This document shows, one piece after another, positions 26,133 through 37,804 of a stretch of DNA of 64,000 nucleotides; positions within the stretch are counted from its first letter, which is position 1; each line of letters opens with the position of its first letter. Below the pieces are notes generated by a model. The model saw nothing but the letters and a program-made list of their open reading frames with translations, had not been told where the DNA came from and ran no database searches. Source of the stretch: Octopus sinensis (taxonomy: Eukaryota); assembly GCF_006345805.1 (NCBI RefSeq), contig NC_043005.1, forward strand, positions 92,442,001-92,506,000, written 5' to 3'. The translations under genes were made by a program, and so were the position numbers.

Positions 26133-26266
26133 AAGCGGAAAGAACTTTGAAACTGAAACCAAAATGCTGTCCAAAGCTGTTTCTATTAAACAAAGAAATA
26201 GAAAAATTGCAAAAGGAAAAAGAACAAGCAGATGATGAACTGGCATACAAGGAAAAGCTTTTGCAG
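26133..26266 (+). CDS. CCDC89: CCDC89-like exon 4
   Basis: ttctctag acceptor, CAG|GTGAGA donor. Encodes (E)AERTLKLK...KEIEKLQKEKEQADDELAYKEKLLQ; phase 1 in, 0 out. Confidence 0.75.
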
Positions 26267-27189
26267 GTGAGAATGGAACATTAGATTTCTAAACATCCAA
26301 AATATTAAGAGACATTGGCTGTAGAGTACCTGAAGAATCGGTTTATTTAAAGCAAAATTTTATGACATGCAATGAAATGGAAGCATGGCTGTGTGGTTGA
26401 GAAGTTTGCCTCACAATCTCCTGGTTTCGTGTCTGATTCCACTATAAAGTCAGATAGTTGGAAGTAAAAGAGTCATACGAGTTCTCAGTTGGAATCAGTG
26501 TCAGGTACGGGTTATAGTCAAGTTTGAGTTACCATAAAGGTAGATATTTCAAAGTCATTGTCTTGTGGGAGCTATCAGCAATAGCACAATTGACGAGTCA
26601 AAGATAATAAAACACAGAATTCACAATCTCACCTCCATGGTTCTTCTGTATCCATGCTCTCTTTTTTTTTTACATCTCCTGGATATGTAAGCAAGAGGGT
26701 GTCTTCTGGAGCTCCATCATCACTATATCTACCTCTCTTTAGGCTCCACTCTAGCCTCCCCCATCCATCCATGTAAAATACAGGTAGACATGAATCTCAT
26801 CCACACAGTACACCTGTCCCTGCTCTCCATAGTAAATATGGTGTCGTTCACCTGTCGCAGACTTGATGCTTCTTCACTAAAATGGCTTCTTTAGTCTCTT
26901 TTTGTCAAATCTATTGATATAGACTTTTGGTAAGTGAGTTCAAAGTTCAAGAAAATTAGCAACAGTCAAGAATTAGATAATACATCACCAACATGATTGT
27001 ATTGTTGAGCAAAACACTTACTTTCACTTTTCTCCACTCCACTCAGCTAGTGTCCTATTTGGGTGGTCGTGGGGGTGTAATCTCAGCTCCTTATGTACCA
27101 TGGAAACTGGGTAAGCTCTAGCTTCAGGTGTCCTAGGGCTCATGGTAGACCCTGAGTAATGAGAATGATTAAATTGACGACAAATTTAG

Positions 27190-27863
27190 AAATCAAATTT
27201 GATGACTGGCATCCTTGCTAGCGGGGTGCAAAGAGCACCATACGAGTGTGATCGTTTGACAGAGCGGCTAACCAGCTTCCGTGCCAGTGGCACATAAAAG
27301 GGGTACCATTTGAGTGTGATCGTTACCAGCATCACCGTACTGGCACTTGTGCCTGTGCTAGTAGGGTGCCAAGAGCACCATCCGAGCGTGATCGTTGCCA
27401 GAGCAGCCAACCGGCTTCCATGCTGGTGGCACGTAAAAGGGCACCATTCAAGCATGATTGTTACCAACGTTGCCTTACTGGCACCTGTGCCAGTGGCATG
27501 TGTAAAAAGATTCGAGCGGGGTTATTGCTAGTACCGCGTGACTGGCCCCCATGCCGTGACACGTAAAAGGGCACCATTCAAGCGTGATTGTTACCAGCGT
27601 CACCTTACTGGCACCTGTGCTGGTGACATATGTAAAAAGATTTGAGCGAGGTCGTTGCCAGTACTGCCTGACTGGCCCCCTTGCCGGTGGCACGTAAAAA
27701 GCACCCACTACACTCTCAGAGTGGTTGGCGTCAGGAAGGGCATCCAGCTGTAGAAACTCTGCCAAATCAAGATTGGAGCCTGGTGCAGCCATCTGGTTCG
27801 CCAGCCCTCAGTCAAAATTGTCCAACCCATGCTAGCATGGAAAGCAGACGTTAAATGATGATG
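27190..27863 (+). mobile_element. RTE 3'UTR with expanded ~60-bp minisatellite
   Basis: About 8 GTGCCAGTGGCACGTAAAA-type units, then the conserved 3' core and GATGATGAT tail. Confidence 0.8.
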
Positions 27864-28744
27864 ATATTCTTTATTATGGATCTCCACCCTTTCCTGTCCT
27901 GCATGCAACTCAGCATGTCAGTGAGTCGGTCATTCTGTAACCAGTAGGTCATTGTATCTCTGTCTCCTCTGGTTTTTTCTTCTTTTCAGTTTCTCGTTAG
28001 TCGCCAGTTTGAGAGTTCAAAATTTTGAGAGAGTATGGAAATACCATCACTAATCTCAGGTACATTTTAATTTAGTGTGGTAATATCTATCATGGATTCT
28101 AGTTATAGCTTTAATAGTAGATGCTGGAATGTTTGAGACATACAGAACTTGGAGGAGGAGGACTGGTATCTTGAATGCGTCGCACTAGCTCACTGATGTG
28201 TGAACACTCCCTGAGGTCAAATGAATTAGTTCATTTGCCTAAAAGTTAAATAGGCCTTGTGCATCAGGACTAGGCTTGGATGAACATAAGACTAGAAAAA
28301 TAAACTATAAATAAACCTGCAGAAAGTAAGAGAATGCCTGCTGTGTCTTTCTCAAGAAAATCATGAACTTTCAGGTTTTATCTATAGCTGTGGCTTTGTG
28401 ATTAGGTAGTTTGCTTTGCAACTAGATGGTCTGGGGTTCAGTTTCAGTACATAGCATCTTGAGCAATTGTCTTGCAGCATAACTTAAGGTCAGCCAATGC
28501 ATTGTGAGTGAAGTTTGGTAGATGGAAATTGTATGGAAGCCTATCATGTGTGTCTATGACTCTGTTTGTTTGTTTATGTCCAATGTGGTTTGACAAACTT
28601 GAAAATAAATACTGGGGCCCATATGATTGTCTAAAACCTTTAGAGGTGGTGCCCAAGTGTGGCTGTAGTCCAATGACTGAAACCAGTAAAATGATAAAAG
28701 AATAAATAATTATAAATAAAAATGTGTTCCCTTTTTTTTTCTAG

Positions 28745-28827
28745 TTTGAGCAAAATGAAAATGCAAAATTAATTGAAAATATCAGCACCTTAAAGAAAAC
28801 AATTATCCAAGAGGAAACCCAATTTAA
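28745..28827 (+). CDS. CCDC89: CCDC89-like exon 5
   Basis: Poly-T ctag acceptor, gtaagt donor. Encodes FEQNENAKLIENISTLKKTIIQEETQF; phase 0 in, 2 out. Confidence 0.75.
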
Positions 28828-29419
28828 GTAAGTTTTCTTTTGCACTCATTGTTTGAAATAAGAGTTTCGATTTTTGGCACAAGGCCAGCAGTTTTTGAGG
28901 GGAGGATTATATTGACCTTTCTATGTGACTGGTACTTATTTTATCAACCCTGAAAGGATGACAAAATTGATCTTGGCAGAATTTCGACTCAGAATGTAAT
29001 GACATGAAATACTGCCAAGTATTTTGTCCAGCATGCTGACAGTTCAGCAGTTCACCACCTTATTCAATGTATGAAACAATAAACTTCTATGTGTGATAAA
29101 CTACCTATATAAACAACACCATCATCATCATTGTTTTAGCACCCACTTTTCCAAGCTTGCATGGGTCAGACAAAACTCTGTTGAGGCAGATCCTTTCTAT
29201 GTCAGGATGGTCTTCTTGTTGCCAACCCTCACTTCTTTCCAAGCAAGGTAATATTTACACTAATCCTTCAAACACTGCCAGCACACAATGACCAGACATG
29301 TTTCTATGATAGATTACAAATAAATGGCAGTAATATTTGTTTACAATAACATGCAAAGTCAAGAAAAGAAGATGCAAACACAGACACACTCTCTCTCATG
29401 TAGTGTTTTTCAGATGGCC

Positions 29420-29482
29420 AGATAACCGAAGAGATGGTGGTGTGAATTTCCACCTCGGTATCTGAAACTCAGAGTTTTATCT
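29420..29482 (+). ncRNA. Degenerate minimal hammerhead motif (U4>C core)
   Basis: AGATAA-CCGAAGA-GAT..ATC-t-GAA-ACTCAGAGT-T-TTATCT: 6-bp stem I and near-palindromic stem III. Confidence 0.5.
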
Positions 29483-29583
29483 TGGCTATTGAATAATTGT
29501 CACATATTATTTTACAGATAAATTTCCTCTATTTACTTAATATTGAGGTCTCTTTCTTTCTTTTGTTATCTTACCATTTTTAC

Positions 29584-29631
<48 letters not shown>

Positions 29632-29643
29632 CACATATATATA

Positions 29644-30907
29644 CGAGGGGCGTTCAATAAGTAATGCCCCTGACCCACTTCCCATAGCAGTAGAGCAACG
29701 ACACTTGGCACAGTTATTAGTCTTTTCCTACATAGGAACTACCCAGAGTTATGCATTTCTCCCATCGTTTGATACAGCTCTGGAGACCGTTTTTGTAGAA
29801 GACCCCAGCTTGGTCCTCCAACCACGACGTGACTTCAGAAATCAAGGCTGCATCATCTGGGAAATGCTTTCCTTTCAAAATCAACTTCATGGCTGGAAAG
29901 AGGTGAAAATCATAGGGTGCAAGGGGAGGAGTTCATAGCTGCATGCCTGTGCTTCTGATCTGGCGACACGCGAGTTGTGGACCGGAGCATTGTCCTGCAG
30001 GAGGAGGATGCCTTTGCTGATCTTGCCCCGCCTCTTGATAGCTTCTCTTAATTTCCTCAAAAGTGAAGCATAATAGGCTCCTGTAATTGTGGTACCCTTT
30101 GCCAGGAAATCTGTCATCACTACTCCGTCCTGGTCCCAGAAGACTGTGAGCATAACCTTGTCAGTGGAGGGCTGCACCCTTGCCTTCTTTGGAGGAGGTG
30201 AGTCACGGTGCTTTCACTGCATTGACTGCGCTTTGGTCTATGGATCATAGTGATGGACCCAGGTTTTATCCTGTGTGATCAGTCTTTTGAAAAATTTTGA
30301 CTCATCTTCTTGGCACATCTCCAAATTCATCCTCGAGCACTCAACGCGTTCTTGCTTCTGGAAAGGTGTGAGCAACCTGGAAATCCATCTGGCAGACACC
30401 TTTTGCATATGCAAATGGTCATGAATGATAGTTTCCACAGACCCGGTACTAATCTTGACCTTATGAGCTATTTGGCGAATAGTTATGCGTTGACCTTCCA
30501 AAATGGCAGCCTCAACTTGACGGACAGACGTCTCATCAACGGCAGAAGGGGGCGACCAGATCTGGGAGCTGTTTCCACAGAGTTCCGACTATGTTTGAAT
30601 TCACAATGCCAGCGTTTTACAACGTCATATGATGGGGCATCATCACCATAAGTTACTTTCATTTCATCAAAAGTCTCCCGTGGTGTGCGTCCTTTCAAAT
30701 ACAAAAACCAGATCACTGCTCGACACTCAACAGGCTCCATTTCACACTTGACTCAGTTCAAACACCTGTAAATCAGAAACCACAATTAGTTCAGAGCTGT
30801 AATTCGCCACTTAATCTATAGAGGTATAAATAAGTGCACATGCAAAATTTCAGCTAGATCAAACAACTGCAAGTGGGTCAGGGGCATTACTTATTGAACG
30901 CCCCTCG
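29644..30907 (-). mobile_element. Full-length mariner (1264 bp), frameshifted transposase
   Basis: TA TSD and perfect 37-bp TIRs. ORFs 30483-30740, 30238-30501 and 29887-30177 together give an HTH plus DDD domain. Confidence 0.95.
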
Positions 30908-30967
30908 TATATACATCTACATATATATATTATATATATATATTATATATATATATATACATCTACA

Positions 30968-30998
<31 letters not shown>

Positions 30999-31056
30999 CA
31001 TACATCATCATCATTGTTTAGCGTCCGTTTTCCATGCTAGCATGGGTTGGACTATA

Positions 31057-32409
31057 TATACAAAATAAGAAAATGGAGAAATACATCCAAATCAAATATC
31101 AATTACCAGATAATACCCAATCACATACTTTATTAAACCACCACATAAGAAACTTTAAGGTCAAACCTAATAATGTAGAACAAAACAATGTACATAAAGG
31201 AGTGCGCATAAAGGAGTAATGTTATACAATAAGTACAATATATATAAGAGAATATAAATATAAGTAAATATAAATATAAATATAGACTACATCTTACAGC
31301 TGTTTCGGCCATGCAGATAAGTATGTCTCATTTTACTTATATTAGCCATTTATGGTAGGTCAATATGTAGTTATAAATGAGACATTTACAAAAATATCCT
31401 AAGGCATCTTCGGAGATTATGTGATACAAATCAAATTACATACACACTTATATAGGTGTGGGTACATACCCATAATAAAACATATACATATACATATGAG
31501 TGCATATCCTCATACTCCTATACATATAAATATACATATACATAATGATATAAATAATATAAATCAATAAACATACATATGTTCCACATTCAATGTTACA
31601 GTTTTTCGCCTTAATATTGTGATAATTACAATGTAGAAAAACATACACATATTAATACCTAAATGCAGATATACAGAGTCAGGAGTACATTATATTAATT
31701 CTTATTCATTTCCAAAATGTAATTAATGTTAGCATCATTATCATTGTCATTACCACTAATGCTACCAATATCATCATTCATATTATTATTAATAATGCTA
31801 ATACTAGAAAAACAATATATAGATTCCATTATTAGCAATATAGTCACAATAGTACTACAATACCATGCAAAGTGTTAAATATCTGCATATACATATGAAA
31901 TATGAAATAAAAGCATTCTGTTTACACGACATTAAGATCCACAGGTGCACAGATGTACGTCCAAGTTCAAATTTATAATTTCCATTGTGACACAAATACA
32001 CTATTACTTTCAGAAATAGTTACGAATCTAGCGCTAAAATATGATTGTCTTCAAATCCACAAGCCAAAAATATCCAAAGAGGCCTTAGGATATTTTTGTA
32101 AATGTCTCATTTATAACTACATATTGACTTACCATACATGGCTAATATATGTAAAATGAGACATACTTATCTGCATGGCCGAAACAGCTGTAAGATGTAG
32201 TCTATATTTATATTTACTTATATTTATATTCTCTTATATATATTGTACTTATTGTATAACATTACTCCTTTATGTACATTGTTTTGTTCTACATTATATT
32301 GTTTGACCTTAAAGTTTCTTATGCGGTGGTTTAATAAAGTATGTGATTGGGTATTATCTGGTAATTGATATTTGATTTGGATGTATTTCTCCATTTTCTT
32401 ATTTTGTAT
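31057..32409. repeat. Inverted pair of ~340-bp PLE-type LTRs with ~680-bp spacer
   Basis: About 31057-31405 is the reverse complement of about 32082-32409. Each arm carries GGCC-GAA-ACAGCTGT-A-AGAT and a hammerhead-like 5' half about 100 nt upstream. Confidence 0.85.
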
Positions 32410-32670
32410 TATGAATTTGTGGTAAAACATTTTACCTTTGCCCATATAATACAGTAAGTGAATTAACTGCATCGCAATTCTTAACATTTATGTATTCACT
32501 TTGTTGGGTACTTCACTAGCAGTATATTGGATATTTGTTATCCCATGGAGGGTTGCATTTACAACCCCTATCTCAATTTGTATACATATCATCATCATCA
32601 TCATCATCATTTAGCGTCCGTTTTCCATGCTAGCATGGGTTGGACATATATATATATATATATACACATC

Positions 32671-32702
<32 letters not shown>

Positions 32703-32704
<2 letters not shown>

Positions 32705-33117
32705 CGTAGGAGTGGCTGTGTAGTAAGTAGCTTGCTTACAAACCTCATGGTTCTGGGTTCAGTCCCACTGCATGGCACCTTGGGCAAGTGTCTTCTGCTA
32801 TAGCCTTGGGCTGACCATAGCCTTGTGAGTGGATTTGGTAGAAGGAAACTGAAAGAAGCCTGTCGTATATATGTATATATATATATATATATATATGTGT
32901 ATGTTTGTGTGTTGTGTTTGCCCCCCTCCCCCAACATCGCTCGACAACCGATGCTGGTGTGTTTACGTCCCCGTCACTTAGCGGTTTGGCAAAAGAGACC
33001 GATAGAATAAGTACTGGGCTTACAAAGAATAAGTGCCGAGATCAATTTGCTCGACTAAAGGCAGTGCTCCAGCATGGCCGCAGTCAAATGACTGAAACAA
33101 GTAAATGAATAAATGAA
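32703..33117 (+). mobile_element. Full-length tRNA-derived SINE (family B, resembling octopus OK-type SINEs)
   Basis: TGGCTGTGTAG A-box, GGTTCAGTCCC B-box, central (TA)n/(TG)n and AAATGACTGAAACAAG tail. Other copies at about 4128-4288, 34914-35320, 35615-35890 (minus) and 36325-36718 (plus). Confidence 0.85.
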
Positions 33118-33217
33118 TATATATATATAAAGTTAATCCAAACATGAAAACACAAAGAGAAAACACAACAACGCGAGGACGTGGAACAAATATAGTATTA
33201 TTGGATGCTCAGGGAGG

Positions 33218-33252
33218 GTTTTACATTTCGAGCGGAGCTCTTCGTCAGAAAC
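33218..33252 (-). ncRNA. Minimal hammerhead motif (left-arm copy)
   Basis: GTTT-CTGACGA-a-GAGC tcc GCTC-GAA-ATGT-A-AAAC on the minus strand. Confidence 0.65.
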
Positions 33253-34312
33253 ATAGAAAAAGGAAAGATCCAGGTAAGGGAAGACGGAGGAAAAAAAATT
33301 GCCAACAGTACACACACGGTCATATATGTGTATGTGTATATATATATATATATATAACAACAATTGAGGAACGGCTATAATAGGCCGTTCAACCCACTAG
33401 AAATAGCAGCCAGGCCTCCAACCGCAAATAGTAGTAATTCCGGAATCAGAGGAAAAATTAAAAAAACATTTACCCCATTCTTCTTTAGACAATGCATTGT
33501 TTCAGCGTTTTTTAATGGTAAACCAGCCTGATTAAATTAAATTAAACCTAATTAAGTCAATCTTCCAAAGGCCAACGCGTTCATCAGTAAAGGAGCCAGA
33601 AGGGACAGAAATTACACGAGGCAGCTACCTTCATGCCTCGGCAATATCTGTCCTAAAATTTTCAAAATCATCGTACTCGCGCCAACTTATCGGCAGCAAA
33701 TATAAACTGCTGATTCAATTTCAGAATTAATCAGAAAATTATCAATTAATCAATATTAGGGTAGCAAAAAATTCAATAGAAATTATTTTGCCACCAGCAC
33801 CCTAATATTGATTAATTGATAATTTTCTGATTAATTCCGAAATTGAATCAGCAGTTTATATTTGCTGCCGATAAGTTGGCGCGAGATTTTGAAAATTTTA
33901 GGTCAGATATTGCCAAGGCATGAAGGTAGCTGCCTCGTGTAATTTCTGTCCCTTCTGGCTCCTTTACTGATGAATGCGTTGGCCTTTGGAAGATTGACTT
34001 GATTAGGTTTAATTTAATTTAATCAGGCTGGTTTACCATTAAAAAACGCTGAAACAATGCATTGAAACAATGCATTGTCTAAAGAAGAATGGGGTAAATG
34101 TTTTTTAAATTTTTCCTCTGATTCCGGAATTACTACTATTTGCGGTTGAGCCTGGCTGCTATTTCTAGTGGGTTTAACGGCCTATTATAGCCGTTCCTCA
34201 ATTGTTGTTATATATATATATATATATACACATACACATATATGACCGTGTGTGTACTGTTGGCAATTTTTTTTCCTCCGTCTTCCCTTACCTGGATCTT
34301 TCCTTTTTCTAT

Positions 34313-34347
34313 GTTTCTGACGAAGAGCTCCGCTCGAAATGTAAAAC
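34313..34347 (+). ncRNA. Minimal hammerhead motif (tandem copy 1)
   Basis: GTTT-CTGACGA-a-GAGC tcc GCTC-GAA-ATGT-A-AAAC: intact core, GUA cleavage triplet. Confidence 0.65.
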
Positions 34348-34668
34348 CCTCCCTGAGCATCCAATAATACTATATTTGTTCCACGTCCTCGCGTTGTTGT
34401 GTTTTCTCTTTGTGTTTTCATGTTTGGATTAACTTTATATATATATATTCATTTATTCATTTACTTGTTTCAGTCATTTGACTGCGGCCATGCTGGAGCA
34501 CTGCCTTTAGTCGAGCAAATCGATCTCGGCACTTATTCTTTGTAAGCCCAGTACTTATTCTATCGGTCTCTTTTGCCAAACCGCTAAGTGACGGGGACGT
34601 AAACACACCAGCATCGGTTGTCGAGCGATGTTGGGGGAGGGGGGCAAACACAACACACAAACATACAC

Positions 34669-34699
<31 letters not shown>

Positions 34700-34777
34700 C
34701 ACATATATGACCGTGTGTGTACTGTTGGCAATTTTTTTTCCTCCGTCTTCCCTTACCTGGATCTTTCCTTTTTCTAT

Positions 34778-34812
34778 GTTTCTGACGAAGAGCTCCGCTC
34801 GAAATGTAAAAC
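34778..34812 (+). ncRNA. Minimal hammerhead motif (tandem copy 2)
   Basis: Identical to 34313-34347, 465 nt downstream. Confidence 0.65.
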
Positions 34813-37270
34813 CCTCCCTGAGCATCCAATAATACTATATTTGTTCCACGTCCTCGCGTTGTTGTGTTTTCTCTTTGTGTTTTCATGTTTGGATTAACTT
34901 TATATATATATATTCATTTATTCATTTACTTGTTTCAGTCATTTGACTGCGGCCATGCTGGAGCACTGCCTTTAGTCGAGCAAATCGATCTCGGCACTTA
35001 TTCTTTGTAAGCCCAGTACTTATTCTATCGGTCTCTTTTGCCAAACCGCTAAGTGACGGGGACGTAAACACACCAGCATCGGTTGTCGAGCGATGTTGGG
35101 GGAGGGGGGCAAACACAACACACAAACATACACATATATATATATATATATATATACATATATACGACAGGCTTCTTTCAGTTTCCTTCTACCAATCCAC
35201 TCACAAGGCTATGGTCAGCCCAAGGCTATAGCAGAAGACACTTGCCCAAGGTGCCATGCAGTGGACCCAGAACCATGGGGTTTGTAAGCAAGCTACTTAC
35301 TACACAGCCACTCCTACGCCTATATATGTATACAAATTGAGATAGGGGTTGTAAATGCAACCCTCCATGGGATAACAAATATCCAATATACTGCTAGTGA
35401 AGTACCCAACAAAGTGAATACATAAATGTTAAGAATTGCGATGCAGTTAATTCACTTACTGTATTATATGGGCAAAGGTAAAATGTTTTACCACAAATTC
35501 ATAATACAAAATAAGAAAATGGAGAAATACATCCAAATCAAATATCAATTACCAGATAATACCCAATCACATACTTTATTAAACCACCGCATAAGAAACT
35601 TTAAGGTCAAACAACCGCTAAGTAATGGGGACATAAACACACCAGACAAACACAGACACACAAACATACACACACACACATATATATATACATATATACG
35701 ACGGGCTTCTTTCAGTTTTCGTCTACCAAATCCACTCACAAGGCTTTGATTGGCCACGCAGTGGGACTGAACCCGGAACCATGTGGTTGGTAAAGAAGCT
35801 ACTTACCACACAGCCACTCCTAGTGGGACTGAACCCAGAACCATGTGGTTGGTAAACAAGCTACTTACCACACAGCCACTCCTGCGCCTATATATATCAT
35901 CATCATCATCATTGTTTAACGTCCGCTTTCCGTGCTAGCATGGGTTGGACAGTTCGACCGGGGTCTGGGAAGCCAGGAGGCTGCAACAGGCTCCAGTCTG
36001 ATCTGGCAGTGTTTCTACAGCTGGATGCCCTTCCTAACGCCAACCACTTCGTGAGTGTAGTGGGTGCTTTTTATGTGCCACCAGCACAGGTGCCTGACGA
36101 GGCTGGCAACGGCCACGATCGGATGGTGCTTTTTACGTGCCACTAGCATGGAGGCCAGTCGGGGTGGCGCTATTATATTATATTTATATTTTTATATTTA
36201 TTTATTTATATATATTTTTAATACAATAAGGTCTTTCACATGGGTATATCTTTATGTTGAGTTCAACATTGATTTCCTTATATTAATAATAATAATATAT
36301 TATTAAAAAATATATGTATACATAGGCGCAGGAGTGGCTGTGTGGTAAGTAGCTTGTTTACCAACCACATAGTTCCAGGTTCAGTTCCACTGCATGGCAC
36401 CTTGGGCAAGTGTCTTCTACTATAGCCTCGGGCTAACCAAAGCCTTGTGAGTGGATTTGGTAGACGGAAACTGAAAGAAGCCCGTCGTATATATGTATAT
36501 ATATGCGTGTGTGTGTTTGTGCGTCTGTGTTTGTCCCCCTAGCATTGCTTGACAACCGATGCTGGTGTGTTTATGTCCCTGTTACTTAGCAGTTAGGCAA
36601 AAGAGACCGATAGAATAAGTACTGGGCTTACAAAAGAATAAGTCCCGGGGTCGAGTTGCTCGATTAAAGGCAGTGCTCCAGCATGGCCACAGTCAAATGA
36701 CTGAAACAAGTAAAAGAGTATACTCCTTTATATGTATGTGTGTGTGTTCCCAAATGCATTATGTTTAAAGGCATGCATACATAGAGAAGTAAATATTTCT
36801 GTATTTATTGTGCGGCAAAATAAAGAAACACCATTGGAAATGTTCCGAAAACAAAAATATATCAAGGTTTACTTCACGAACCAAAGTTTCTTAGAATTTC
36901 TAAAATATACATCGTAAAAAAAATATACCAAACCAACCGTGTCACCGTTTAGCCCCAGGCCATCAAGCACACCTATGATCAAAATGTTTCAGCCATGACC
37001 ATCCTTCACGTTTTTCTTTTTTTTTTCAGATCAATGTATCTATTTTCATTTTTAATGGTAAAGTGTATGGTTCTAGGGGGCATTAGCTGTTATTTTTATC
37101 ATGTTCAGTAATCATACAGAAATGCTTTCACATGTGTGTGTGTGTACATGCATGCACATGAACACACACACACTTGATTACACTTGACCCTTTATTGTTT
37201 AAACTGGTCACATCAGGCCCCAACTATTCTATCTGTTCTATATATATGTATATATATATATATATATATA

Positions 37271-37449
37271 TTAAATTAGAGATAAAACCACTATTAGGCA
37301 AATCAAATGGTGAAAAACATAAACCAAAACATAGAAATAAAATTAATTAATATAATATACAAGATATATAAAATATATATATAAAATTCAAAATTTAAAT
37401 TAAAGTTAAAATTAAAAAATTTTTTTTAATTATTAATTTATACTCATAA

Positions 37450-37491
<42 letters not shown>

Positions 37492-37766
37492 ATATCTATT
37501 TTCATTTTTTTTTTTTTTTAATTATATATTTATTTAATTTAAAAAAAATATATATAACTATCAAAAAGTATTAAAAAGTTTAATATAAGATATTGATAGT
37601 TATATGTATTTAAAATATATATATATATATATATATATTTAAAAAAATAATAAATAAATAAATATATAATAAAAAAAAAATTTTTTAATAAAAAATATAA
37701 ATAAAAATAAAATAAAAATAATAAAATATATATATATATATATGTGTATGTGTGTGTGTGTGTGTG

Positions 37767-37804
<38 letters not shown>

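Larger units (their letters stand above)
32299..35614. repeat. Large inverted duplication (arms 32299-33762 and 33799-35614, 36-nt spacer)
   Basis: Continuous reverse-complement match, about 96-99% identical by eye, with several small indels. The right arm holds an extra 465-bp tandem copy. Confidence 0.95.

Noticed and set aside
27215-27700. Regularly spaced repeats superficially like a CRISPR array
   Set aside because: Eukaryotic context, degenerate units without unique spacers, no cas genes; it is part of an RTE 3'UTR.
33360-33400. TTGAGGA-ACGGC..GCCGT hairpin resembling a hammerhead 5' half, and CTGATGAACGCGT near 33575 (minus)
   Set aside because: No GAAA, stem III or stem I in register; at most collapsed relics.
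33755-33805. TTAGGG/CCCTAA at the centre of the palindrome
   Set aside because: Only one hexamer per arm, so there is no evidence of telomere addition.
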